Source: the human T2T-CHM13v2.0 reference genome, Homo sapiens
DNA: 64,000 bases
Assembly (NCBI RefSeq): GCF_009914755.1
Contig: NC_060937.1
Reading direction: 5' to 3' (one strand)
Below the pieces are notes generated by a model. That model was not told where the DNA came from. It did no database searches and saw only the letters and a program-made list of their open reading frames with translations. Below are positions 9,877 to 21,163 of this stretch, in pieces. A program made the translations under genes and the position numbers. Position 1 is the stretch's first letter. Each line of letters begins with the position of its first letter.

Positions 9877-11121
9877 TTGCTAGTTGGTTCTTCTGAAATT
9901 AGTAAATGTAGAGAAGCCTAAGAAGAAACTTAATATTTAAAATTTCAAAACCGGTACAATGTGACTTTTAATTAACAATACTAGGTGGATCATAGTACCG
10001 ACTATTAAAAAAAAGGATAATGTAACACAGTTCCAATTAAAATTCCACACAAAGTAGAAAGAAGGCCCTAGGAGTAAAAAGTTGCCATCTTAAGAATTTG
10101 GTGAAGGCAGAAGAGACCTGATACACACTCAAGGTTATTTTTGGCAGTCAAGCCATCCCTCAGCAAAAGCGCAGTGGCTAACAGGGCCTCATTTCCATAG
10201 CTTTGGTCAGTAAGGAGAAAATGAGCCAAATAAATTTACTTACAGCAAATGCCAAATCAGAATGTCAGTTCCCTGCTTCTATTTCCACTGATGACATCAA
10301 ACCAGAGGGCCCATGTAACAGGCAGTACAGGCAGGCCGTGGGCTGCTCCGCTGCTAAGGAGTCAATTCTAACTACAGCTCAGCGACTTTATAGCCCAAAG
10401 GGAGGGCAAGTGGAAAGTCCCACGCTCAACTGAAACACTGGAGAATGAGAAATGACCTAGTGCAGTTTCTCACAAAGCTGCTTATCTCCCTTTGTTCCTG
10501 GAGGAACTGCAAGGCATCCCAATATGAAAATGAAGCTTTGCAACAGGCAGGGTTCAGGGTACCACAGCAAAACTGTTTGCCTGCAAGTGTTAGCAAGAAT
10601 ATAATTTCTGCTGTTTTTCTTGGTAAAATTAAAAATGCTACTTCAGTAATCAGAAAAAAATTTTAAATCAAATTTTAGAAACAATGCTGAAGGAAAGCTC
10701 AATTTTATCCCCTCACCATACACTGAATTCAGCAAACCAATGAGCACATATACAACTGAATTAAGCATGAGTTCATCTTTACTGATGGCAAATTTATCAT
10801 CATAATCAATGATAAAACCACTATTATGCCTACTCCCATAAGAGGCACTGAACTTTCTTGAGTGGGTCAGTGTCTTGCAAAATAGGTATCATCTAACAGC
10901 CTATTCACTCCTCAAAACCCTTGCCATAGCAGTTGTCACCCTCATGATGTTCTTTTCTCTAATGTTTTCCTCATGCTCCTCTGCTGAATATCCATTTCCC
11001 TGCCAATAATATGTTATACTGACGAAAGCATTAAATCAAGATCTTCAAGGTTTTCAATGAAATGGTATAATACTAGGTCCTATTTTCTCTGTGCTCTCAG
11101 GTATTTTAAAAACACTAGTCA

Positions 11122-11403
11122 GGCTGGGCGCGGTGGCTCACGCCTGTAATCCCAGCACTTTGGGAGGCCCAGGCAGGTGGATCATGAGGTCAGGAGATCG
11201 AGACCATCCTGGCTAACACGGTGAAACCCCATCTCTACTAAAAATAAAAATAAATAAATAAATAAATAAATAAAAATTAGCTGGGTGTGGTGGCGGGTGC
11301 CTGCAGTCCCAGCTACTCGGGAGGCTGAGGCAGGAGAATGAGCTGAGATTGCGCCACTGCACCACTGCACTCCAGCCTGGGCGACAGAGCAAGACCCTGT
11401 CTC

Positions 11404-11432
<29 letters not shown>
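11122..11432 (+). mobile_element. AluY-like element with right-arm deletion and (TAAA)n linker expansion
   Basis: Diagnostic gagatcgagaccatcctggctaacacggtgaaaccc; 29-nt A tail; TSD core CACTAGTCA on both sides. Confidence 0.95.
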
Positions 11433-11434
<2 letters not shown>

Positions 11435-11599
11435 ACTAGTCACACTGAACTTTAAAATGCTAACTATTAAAAACAAAACAGTAAGGCTACAGCACTTCGG
11501 CACTGTTACAGAGTAACTGGCACCATTATTTTAAAACATCTTTAAAATGTGGGAACTCAATCCTAGGGGTTTACTTCTAGGAATCGCTTAATAATTATT

Positions 11600-11830
11600 A
11601 GCAAACAGCATTTACTTATTACTTAATAGGTAACATATAATATTGTGCCAAAAGCTTTATATACCATGTCATCATTTAAATCACATAATTATTCCTATGC
11701 AGTGGGTATGTATCCCATTTTTACTGAGGAAACTAAGAACAAGGAGCTGAAGTTTCTAGACTCGAGCACACTGGATGTTGCTGAGCTGTTTCTCTGAACC
11801 TAAGTAGATGCCAAAGCTAACGATCTCAAG
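11600..11830. mobile_element. MIR fragment
   Basis: atcccatttttactgaggaaactaag MIR core. Confidence 0.6.
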
Positions 11831-11933
11831 CAAGCACTATACTACCACCCTACACCGGTTTCTGCAGGACAAATAAGCAAGGCAAAGACAAGCACACAGA
11901 TTTAACGACCAAAAAAAGGAAGAAAAAAGTATA

Positions 11934-12075
11934 GGCCAGGCACGGTGGCTCACATTTGTAATCCCAGCACTTTGGGAGGCTGAGGTAGAAGGATTACTTG
12001 AGGCCAGGAGTTCAAGATCAGCCTGGGAAACATAGTGACTCTGTCTCTACAAAAATAATAAATAAATAAATGAAT
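11934..12075 (+). mobile_element. Alu left monomer (FLAM/AluJ)
   Basis: ggccagggcacggtggctcacatttgtaatccc...gaggccaggagttcaagatcagcctggg followed by (AAAT)n. Confidence 0.9.
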
Positions 12076-12684
12076 ACATATTCTTAACATCAGCTAGGTC
12101 TTATGCCTTAATGTTCTGTCAGAGCCTTAACCTCCAAAAATATGCGGTTCCATATAATCAATTTTCTCCTAAAAGCTCTTCTTTGCTCTCACAATGAACT
12201 GCCCAAGTATTCTAAGAATCACTTATATAGATCCCAGTTCAGTGTAGATACTCTAATTTAGAAGGCCCTTAATCCGTCATCCAGTTGAACACGGAGGATA
12301 TTCGAACCTAGATATCACAGGCTAGAGTAAGTTACTATGCCATTAACATTTTCCTGATTTGCTGCAAGTTATTTTCAGTTGTCTATTTTTTCAACAGTTA
12401 ATATAACATGCATGCAGCATCTCAAAAGAGCATTTAAGAAAATGGTGCTACTGGTGTGGGGGAGGGGTGAGAAGAACCACACTGAATGGCTGGGACGCAA
12501 GGATGAGAGGAAGATCTTTTGAACTGAATTTTGAACCATGTGAACTGCCTATTCAAAATTGAGGGCAAAAGTCTTTAAAAATGTAAAGGCCTACCTTCTC
12601 AGCATTAAGATGACAACTCATAAGATCACTTCTGAAATTCATCAGGCTCGGTCTGGCTCCATGTAAGTTAGTTACATTAAATAA

Positions 12685-12850
12685 CATTACTTATTGAGAG
12701 CTATTACATGCCAAGTATCACCTACTTTAAATACATCATCTCCAATTTTCACAACAAGCAAGACAGATTATCTCCATTTCACAGATTTAAAAACAAGGTT
12801 AGAGGGAGGTGATTTATTCAGCAACTCAGAATTATAAGTGGTAAACCAAT
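12685..12850. mobile_element. MIR fragment
   Basis: attatctccatttcacagat...aggttagagggaggtgatttattcagcaactcag. Confidence 0.65.
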
Positions 12851-12959
12851 AAGGTTTCCAATCTTACCAAAGAATTCCTAATTAGTTAAACCCAATGGTT
12901 GATTCTTATTTTACGGTCTCTTTCCATCTAACTAGATTTCTTGTAAGGGCACTTGACAC

Positions 12960-14010
12960 TATGCATTTTTACCATATTTCTTTCTGCTTCCACCATAGGC
13001 TCTTCTCCCTCTTCCTAACTGCAAATACAGGCATGTCCTAAGGTTCTTTCAGTCCCTTGAATGAACCGCTCTCCTCTCTCCACACTCTCCCTGGGTCATT
13101 CCATATACTCTCAAGGTTTCACGACATTCAGCGAAGCCCCTCTCAGCTAGGCTTCAGTCTCACATGATCAAGTCTGGATAAACTCAGTACAGTATATCCA
13201 AAACTAGTGCTCACAGTGAAGGCACCATTCTCTTATCCCCTTTCCCTCTCCCTTATCCACTATTTAAAAAGTTTCTGACATTTTTACCAGTACCTGCCAC
13301 ATGGTTGTTACTGAAACATTTGGTAGATGAGTTGCAACAGCCACACTATAAACATGAGAACCAACATTCTTTTTCTGAAGTCCCACATTCCATTTAATAT
13401 ACCCTGAATGTTTCTTAAATCTGTCCCTCTTTTCCACTCCAACAACCATCCTCACTACTCCTGTGTAAACTTCTGTACCCACCTCTTAGTTTCCATCCTA
13501 CACAACAATCAAAACAAAAAAGGCACCATGTCATTCACCTGCTTAAAATCCTTCCCGTTTCTAGGATGCAATCCAAGCTCTTTAATATGACATACAATAA
13601 CCCTAACATGATTCCCAGCCTCTATTTACCTCTCCAGTCACTCCATGACTTAAATATTTATAGAACTTCGTGTTCTAAGTCAACAGTCACCTGATCATTC
13701 CACTTTTAAGACCATTTCCTCTATTTTGGCAGGAGTCGGGGGAGGAGGCTCTTTTCTGTGCTCCACATATGTCCTATACCTTGCCTGACATTGTCATATT
13801 CTTATATCCTCCACCCACACAGGATACTTCCTTTATACAGTTTATATTACTGTCACTAAATTTACTACACTGTATTATTGCCTATTTAATGATCTGTCTT
13901 TGAGCTAGATCAAGCTCTTGGAGAAGGGCCAATCATCTTTATATTAACAGTACCTAGCACAGTGCCTGGCACTTATTAAATGCTCAATAAACATCAGTTA
14001 AATGAATAAA
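12960..14010 (+). mobile_element. L2 LINE 3' portion (degenerate)
   Basis: Ends in tacctagcacagtgcctggcac...tgctcaataaacatcagttaaatgaat, the L2 3' terminus. Confidence 0.75.
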
Positions 14011-15988
14011 ATAACCAACAGGATATGTAGACTGCAAACTGTTTCCTTACACTGCCAAAGCTCCAACACTTAAGTCTTTCCATTGTTTCTTTTGCATTGT
14101 TTCCAAGACATTAGAATATATTAAATAAAATGCCTATTGTACGGCACCCAGGAATTTAGAGTACAGGTGGCTGCTAGTCCTGGTCCCTTCTCCCTCCTAA
14201 ATACTATTGGCAGTTTGTGTCTTCTCTCAAACCAGAGAACCATATAGCTCCTCTATTTGCCGTATTTCATTCCTGAATTTCTTGTCTGCTATACATGCGA
14301 AACCTGCTAAATGCTTCTATTTATTCTTTGCATACCAAGTTTCTTTTCATTTTTCCTACATATCTTAGCTTTCTAGTGAAAGGCAAGTTATTACTCTTTG
14401 GAGGTCTCCTTTGTTTTCACATGTAGAAATTATCTCAGCAATGTCTTAGGTAACTTTTCATACATCCATCTGTTGATAGCTATTTGAGATCTTTACAGCT
14501 AAGGGCCTTGTTGCAGACCCAAAAGTTGTATTCTACAAAATCAAGGTTTAATTTGAAACGATTACTTGAACTTTGTTTTCATATGTATCACTGACAGTTC
14601 TAAGTACAGGAAAAATGAGTGTTGCATGTGTTTTAAAGGAGTGTTGGAAGCAAAACAGCTCCAGGTACAGCTTCCTCTGTAATATTAGTGCTCCAGTCCT
14701 ACCTTTTAGTAACTTTGGTTTTAGAAACAAGCTGTGTGTGTGTGCTGGAAAATCTACCTAACACAAACCCAACTACAGAAAACTACAAACCACGCAGTCA
14801 ATTCAGCACACATATACTCGCCTCGAGAAAATCATAAATTCAGTAACGTTCTTGCTTCATGAGCACTTTCTAAATATTCACTGAAGAACTGACCAAGTAC
14901 GGCTGGTTCAATAGGGAGTTAGTAGGACTGTTCAAATCTACTTTTCAATGCGGTTTTTGGAAACTGAATACCCAGAGCATCAAAGTACGATGATCATAAA
15001 GCAAAACACACAACAAATCCCTAAATTTTAAAACCCAAAAATTCCTTTAGTTTGGGATTATTTATCCACATCTACTTTCATAGCCAGAAATACTTGAGAG
15101 CTGACATTTTCGGAAACACACTCTAACTCTAGTTTTCACTAAATATCCTTCATGGGAGCAACGCCAAAATAAAATCAACCCTTCAAGTGTCTTCTGAAGA
15201 AGCACAGTGTAAGGGAAACAACAAAACTGCACGTGTTTGCTACAGGAATAGAAAGCAAGTTAAAAAAGCGGTAGGCTTTGGGATGGTGATTACACAGGTG
15301 AATTCAAAGGTCAAAAAACTCATCGCACTGTACACTTAAGGTCTATGCTTTTTTTTTTTAACATCTCAAGGAAGGGGTGAGGGTGTAGGCTCAAGGGGAA
15401 AAAAGCAATCCCAACACCTTAACAACAGGAATACACTAAAGTGAAAATGCATTTTTCTGGCGGACCACCTAAAGTGTATGATTCCCGAGATTAGTTAAGT
15501 CCTGTCCCAAATTTGAGCTTCAATAGAATGCTTCTGGCCAGCTGTGATTCGCATCTCAAAGGTTAATTCCCTTCTCTCTCCTCCTCAAGCCGACCAGCAA
15601 ACGCTCACCACCCTCCACATCTGCAGGCCGGCTCGCTCCCGGCCTCACAAGCCAACGCAGCTCTCCGACCTCACTCCGAACTCCACCCCTACTTCCGGGA
15701 CACCACTCCTCTCTCGCGCCAAAATCGCCTTCTCTTATTTAAACCCTTTCTGCTCAAGCCCTCGAATTTTCCATCCCGAACAACTTCTGGGTCTGTCCCA
15801 CCCCAAGCTTTCCAAACGCCAAGCCTGCCCGCCCCGCCGCCGCCTCTCCGACCCGTTCCCGCGCCCGGTCCCCAGCCCCGGACCGTCCCCGCCATTCTCC
15901 CGGCCCGCACCGTCCCGCCCCGGCCCCACGCCCTCGCCCCGCGCCCTGCTCTCCGCACGCCCCGGTCCCTCCCCGCGCGGGCACTCAC

Positions 15989-16335
15989 ATTTTTCGCTGC
16001 CGCTCGAACTCCGCTTTCTTCTCCTCCTCCTCTCGCTTCTGCTTCTCGTCCAGGCTGCTGCGCTTGCTCACCGTGCGCCCGAAGATGTCGATGCGGTCGG
16101 GCGGGGACGAGGCGCGCTCCCGGTCCCGCTCGCGCCGGGACACGGCCGTGTTGGTGGAGCGCGAACGGGACCGCGACTCCCGCCGCCGGTTCCGTTTACT
16201 TTCCCGAGATTTGGAACGCTTCCGCACGCGCTCCTTGTCCCGGGATCGCGACCGGGACCGGCTGCGCTTCTTGTTGTGCTTGCTGCTCTTGGTGTGCTTG
16301 GAGCGGGACGAGCTCCGGCTCCGAGACCGGCCCAT
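15989..16335 (-). CDS. ARGLU1: ARGLU1 exon 1 coding part (347 nt; RS/Arg-rich N-terminus)
   Basis: ATG at 16335 in strong Kozak context (AGG ATG G). Translates MGRSRSRSSSRSKHTKSSKHNKKRSRSRSRSRDKERV...EFERQRK, recognised as ARGLU1. Donor AT|GTGAGT at 15989/15988. Confidence 0.98.
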
Positions 16336-16560
16336 CCTTCCGGGAGACGCTCTAACCGCTCGCCTCAGGCCCCTCACGCGGCCAGTTCCCCTCGCCTCCG
16401 CCTTCGGACGCGGGCTGGCGGTTCTACCGAGGCCGGAGGAAAGAAAGGTGTCGGCCAACGGACTTTATGCCTTTTCCCGGCGTCTACAGCTGCCACGAAG
16501 GCCGCCTCCAACGAGAAACCCGTAGCGCCAGGCGCCCCTAAGATGGCAGCTGCGGCTGCA
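16336..16560 (-). other. ARGLU1: ARGLU1 5' UTR (TSS end approximate)
   Basis: GC-rich, no upstream ATG seen. YY1-type GCCATCTT at 16547-16540 is typical just downstream of housekeeping TSSs. Exact TSS cannot be read from sequence. Confidence 0.65.
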
Positions 16561-16679
16561 CCGGCCGCCCTTCCCACAATGCCCTGCGCGAAACGTGCCG
16601 AAGCGTGGGCCCCGCCTCCTGACGATTTTTGCCGAAGGCAGGCGAGCGCTTCGGAGCGGACTCGTTTTTTTCCGCCAGT

Positions 16680-16758
16680 CTTGGCGGAAGCCTGAGACGC
16701 AATAGATGGAGACTCTCCTTTTCGCCTTGGCGTACTCTTTTTTTTTTTTTCCTCCCTG
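16680..16758 (+). ncRNA. Probable first exon of a divergent lncRNA (ARGLU1-DT-like); start approximate
   Basis: Strong plus-strand donor CTG|GTAAGA at 16758/16759 at the outer edge of the CpG island; second donor GAG|GTAAGT at 16988/16989. Confidence 0.5.
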
Positions 16759-16879
16759 GTAAGATGCCAACGCCTGTTGAATGAATTAAGCACGTTTTAG
16801 TGGGATTTAAGTCCGGCCTCGCAGAAGTTGATTGATTGCATTATTTTCTAGGAGCTGGTCTTGTGGGGCAGCCCTAAAA

Positions 16880-17240
16880 TGTATCTCCAAGTGACCCTGC
16901 ATTCATCACTTGCTGCCTTGAACTTAGTTTCCTCATTCGTAGAATGGAGACACCACACTTTCTGAAGTGCTTATGAGACTTGCAGGAGGTAAGTAGGCAG
17001 CAGGTTTTGATGAATGTAACCTAATGCTTACTATAGGGCTTAATGTGCCTTCTAAATGCTTTAATGTATTAACAAGTGCTTAATTCTTACAATTCTGAAT
17101 TAAGTACTACTATTATCCACGTTTCAGAGATGAGGACCCTGAGGTCCACAGAGGTTAAATAAGGGTCACACAACCAGTAGGTGACAGAGCAGGGACGTGA
17201 ACCTAGATCATATTGTGCAAAGCCCTTGCACATAACCAGC
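16880..17240. mobile_element. Two MIR fragments in opposite orientation
   Basis: cttagtttcctcattcgtagaatggag and cacgtttcagagatgaggaccctgaggtccacagaggttaaat cores. Confidence 0.7.
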
Positions 17241-18023
17241 AAGCCCTCCTCAACCCTAGCCACGAAAAGCTTCGTCCCTATGTGGCACAACAAACTGTGT
17301 CATTGTTAAGACCTAAAAGGAAAAGGCAATGTTAATATTTGCAGATGACAGGAACCCTTGAAAATCTAGGTGCCTCAATTTTAAAATTGAGTGCAATAAT
17401 AAAGCTTAAGTAAGTAGAAGAAAAATTAGAATTATTTGAATAAGCAAAAACATATTAAAAATGAAATAATATTTCCTCCACAATGGCAACAGAAACCATA
17501 AAATACTTAGGGATAAACTTTAACAAGTTACACAATCTTTATTATAAACCTTTACTGAAAAGGCAGTAATAAGGCCCTAGTAAATGTAAAACATGCTGTA
17601 TTCTTAGGTGAGTAGTCAGTATCAAAAATACTGTCAATTCTTCCCAAGTCAAATTACAAAATTAGTGCAATTCTCATGAGAGTCCCAAATTCTCTTGGGG
17701 ATATGTGTTTTAGAACTAATTAATTTTAAGTTTTATATGGAAGATCACATAATTAATTATCAAGAAAACTTGGAAACAAAGAAGAGTAGTGTATTAGTCT
17801 GTGTTGACTGCTGTAACAAAATATCATAAACTAGGCAGCTTATGAACAACAAATTTATTTCTCACAGTTCTGAAAGTTGGAAATCCAGGATCCAGGTGCT
17901 AGCCAATCTGGTCGCTGGTGAGGACCCAGAGATTCACAGATGACTCACAGAAGGCACCTACTCACAGTGCCCTCACATGATAGAAGGGGAAAGCTAGCTC
18001 TCTGAGCTCTCTTTTAGTGGCAC

Positions 18024-18816
18024 TTCTAGGGTCTGAAAGTTTGTGTTCCCTCAGATTCATATGTTGAAACCTAATCACCAGTGCAATAGTATTAAAAGGT
18101 GGGGCTTTGGGATATTGATTAGGTCATGAGGGCTCTAACCTCATAACTGGAATTAGTGCCTATCTCAGCCCATTTCCACTGCTATAACAGAATACTTTAG
18201 ACTGAGTGATTTATAAATAATAGACATTATTTCTCAGAGTTCTGAAGGCTAAGAAGTCCAAGATAAAGGTACCAGCAGAGTCAGTGTCTGATAAGAGCTT
18301 GCTATCTGCTTCCAAGATAGTGCCTTGTTTTGCTGGGTCCACAGAAGGGGACGAACACTGTGTCCTCACATGAGGGAAGGGATGGGAGGCAAAAGGGCAA
18401 AAAAAAAGGGGGGGGAACTAGGACACTCCTGTCAACCTCTTTTGTAAGGATACTATTCCCATTCAAGAGGGTGGAGCCTCATTTCTTAATCACTTCCAAA
18501 ACGGCTTCAGCTCTTAATGTTATTATAGTGGATTTTAGGCTCCAACATAGGAATTCTAGAGAGACACATACATTTAAGCCATAGCAATGCCCTTATAAAA
18601 GGGGCCCAAGGAAGCTTGTTCACCCGTTCTTTACCATGTGAAGACATACAAAAAGGTGTCATCTATGAAGCAGAGAGTGAGGCCTCACCAGACACTGAAT
18701 CTGCCAGTGCCTTAATCTTGGACTCCCAGCTTCCAGAACTCTGAGCGATAAATTTCTGCTGTTTATAAATGACCCAGTCTGAGGTAGTCTTATAGTAGGC
18801 TGAATGGACTAAGATA
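18024..18816 (+). mobile_element. MLT1A0-like LTR (middle element)
   Basis: ttctagggtctgaaagtttgtgttccc...gaatggactaagata; TSD ggcac/ggaac. Confidence 0.8.
18161..18586 (-). mobile_element. MST-family LTR (inner element)
   Basis: tatctcagcccatttccactgctataacagaatac...catttaagccatagca; TSD gtgcc/atgcc. Confidence 0.8.
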
Positions 18817-18844
18817 GGAACTAATCCAATTCATGAGGGCAGAG

Positions 18845-19125
18845 CCAGCAGCCTCACCTCCTAATACCATCGTCTCCCAGCTGCCCCGCCTCCTAATACC
18901 ATCGTCTCCCGGCAGCCCCGCCTCCTAATACCATCATGTCCCAGCAGCCCCACCTCCTCATACCGTCATCTCCCAGCAGCCCCACCTCCTCATACCATAA
19001 TGTTCCAGCAGCCCCACCTCCTAATACCTTTGTCTCCTATCAGCCCCACCTCCTAATACCATCGTGTTCCAGCGGCTCCACCTCCTAATACCGTCATCTT
19101 CCAGCAGCCCCACCTCCTAATACCA
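18845..19125. repeat. Minisatellite, 32-bp unit x ~9
   Basis: Unit ~CCAGCAGCCCCACCTCCTAATACCATCGTCTC, period 32. Confidence 0.95.
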
Positions 19126-19576
19126 TTACATTGGTGATTAGATTTCAACATCTGGGTTTGGGAGGGCACACAAACATTTAGACCGTAGCAAACAGTACCT
19201 GTTTGCCCTACACAAAATTGAATAAACTGAACAACAAGATTTTAGGACAGAAATAGGAAAACAGTGCAATAGAAGGATAGATCTATTATTTTACTTCAGA
19301 TACGTTCAAGTAAAATCACATTTAATATAGAATGTATAGAATTACCCCCATTATAGTAGAAATATTTCTGTCAATCTAACCATCTGTCTGTACGTATCTG
19401 TACCTATCTATCCAGTGGGAATGATATATATGGTTTATATATCCATATATGGTGTGAATATATGATATGATGTATAGATATATCTGGAATTTTGTTTATA
19501 TATATGTATATTACATATATATATAATCCAGAATGATGTCTGTTTAATGATAAAGATAGTTATTTCCAATGAGTTA

Positions 19577-19845
19577 GTGTATAAATTTTCTAGAGCTGCC
19601 CCGACAAATTACCACAGACTGATGTCTTAAATGAACAGAAATGTATTCACTTACAGTTCTGGAGTCCAGCAGTCCAAAATCAAATGTCAGCAAAGTTGGT
19701 TCCTTTGGAGGCTCTGGAGAAGAATCTGTTCACTGCCTCTCACTTAGCTCCTGGTGCTTGCTGGCATTCCTTGGCTTTTAGTCCCTGTCTCCATCTTTAC
19801 TGTACGTCTGTCCTCTTCTTATAAGACCACTGGAGATTGGATGTA
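19577..19845 (-). mobile_element. MLT1 LTR fragment
   Basis: acaaattaccacagactgatgtcttaaatgaacagaaatgtattcacttacagttctggag. Confidence 0.7.
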
Positions 19846-19887
19846 GAGGTATAGGGGATTATGGAGCTTTTAAAAGAGGATGATATT

Positions 19888-20177
19888 GGGGCGGGCGTGG
19901 TGGCTCATGCCTGTAATCCCAGCACTTTGGGAGGCTGAGGCGGGTGGATCACAAAGTCAAGAGTTCAAGACCAGCCTGGTCAAGATGGTGAAACCCCGTC
20001 TCTACTAAAAATACAAAAGTTAGCCAGGCGTGGTGGCGGGTGCCTGTAATCCCAGCTACTCAGGAGGCTGAGGCAGAGAATTGCTTGAACCCAGGAGGCA
20101 GAGGTTGCAGTGAGCTAAGATCGGGCTACTGCACTCTAGCCTAAGTGACAGAGCAAGACTCTGTCTAAAAAAAAAAA
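19888..20177 (+). mobile_element. Alu (AluS)
   Basis: Full dimer; TSD-like gatgatatt on both flanks. Confidence 0.96.
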
Positions 20178-20575
20178 GATGATATTTACCCTGCTCAGGC
20201 TCTGGCCATGTCTTTTGGCTGCTGCCAGGAAAAAAAAAAAAAAAAAAAAAAAGGAAAAAGTGCATGAAAGCCCTTAATTTACCAGGGATCATCTCTGAGG
20301 ATGCATTGAAGGAATGAGGAACACACACATTTTATGCCTGCATTTTATAGTATAATTATCAAAATCTTGACATTTCACACTCCCTGAACTCACCTTATTT
20401 TCTCATGTATTTCTTTATTGACTATTTTTTGCCACCAGAATCCAAATTCTCGGCATCTTGACTGTTTTGTGTCCACTGACACCCTATGGGTTAGCTAACC
20501 TCGATAAATATATGCCGAATACACCTTGAAAGAAGAGAATTGCATGGTTTTTTACCCTAAGTATAAGTTTGGCTT

Positions 20576-20606
<31 letters not shown>

Positions 20607-20789
20607 AGACTCTTAAAATTTTTAGTTGCCTCCCTTCCTCCATTCCCTTCTCCAATAAAAGCATTTTCTCAGTTCATGTTTGAATAATTAGGATAGCCAA
20701 ATATAAATAACACATCATTCAAATCCAGATCATTCCAAAGAACAATTTAATGTAAAAAATAGGAGATGCATGAATGTATCTTTCCTCCT

Positions 20790-21163
20790 TAATATGGTTT
20801 GGCTGTTTTCCCAACCAAAATCTCATTTTGAATTGTAATCCCCATAAACCCCATGTGTCAAGGGAGAGACCAGGTGGAGGTAATTGAATCATGGGGGTGG
20901 TTTCCGCATGCTGTTGTCATGATGGTGAGTGAGTTCTCATGAGATCTGATGGTTTTATAAGTGGTAGTTCCTCCTGGGTTCATTTCTTCTTCCTGCCACC
21001 TTGTAAAGAAGGTGCCTTGCTTTCCCTTCACCTTGGGCCATGATTGTAAGTCTCCTGAGGCCTCCTCAGCCATGCTGAAATGTGAGTCAATTAAACCTCT
21101 TTCCTTTATAAATTACCCAGTCTCGGGCAGTTCTTTATAGTAGTGTGAAAACAGACTAATATA
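20790..21163 (+). mobile_element. THE1D-like solo LTR
   Basis: taatatggtttggctg...acagactaatata; TSD CTCCT. Confidence 0.9.

Larger units (their letters stand above)
15590..16730. promoter_or_regulatory. CpG island / bidirectional promoter of ARGLU1
   Basis: Very high GC and CpG density against AT-rich flanks; GC-box-like CCCGCC motifs; AAGATGGC YY1 motif at 16540-16547; spans exon 1. Confidence 0.93.
17790..19190 (-). mobile_element. MLT1A-like LTR (outer element of a triple nest) inside an old L1 fragment
   Basis: Begins tgtattagtctg, is interrupted at 18024-18821, resumes taatccaattcatgagggc and ends aaacatttagaccgtagca. Confidence 0.8.

Noticed and set aside
15544-16695. 383-aa plus-strand ORF and 153-aa RS/RD-like ORF (16064-16525) over exon 1
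   Set aside because: Non-ATG starts in a CpG island depleted of stops. The RS/RD appearance is the reverse-complement shadow of ARGLU1's RS codons.
18845-19125. CRISPR-like periodic array
   Set aside because: Head-to-tail repeats with no unique spacers in a eukaryotic LTR context; it is a minisatellite.
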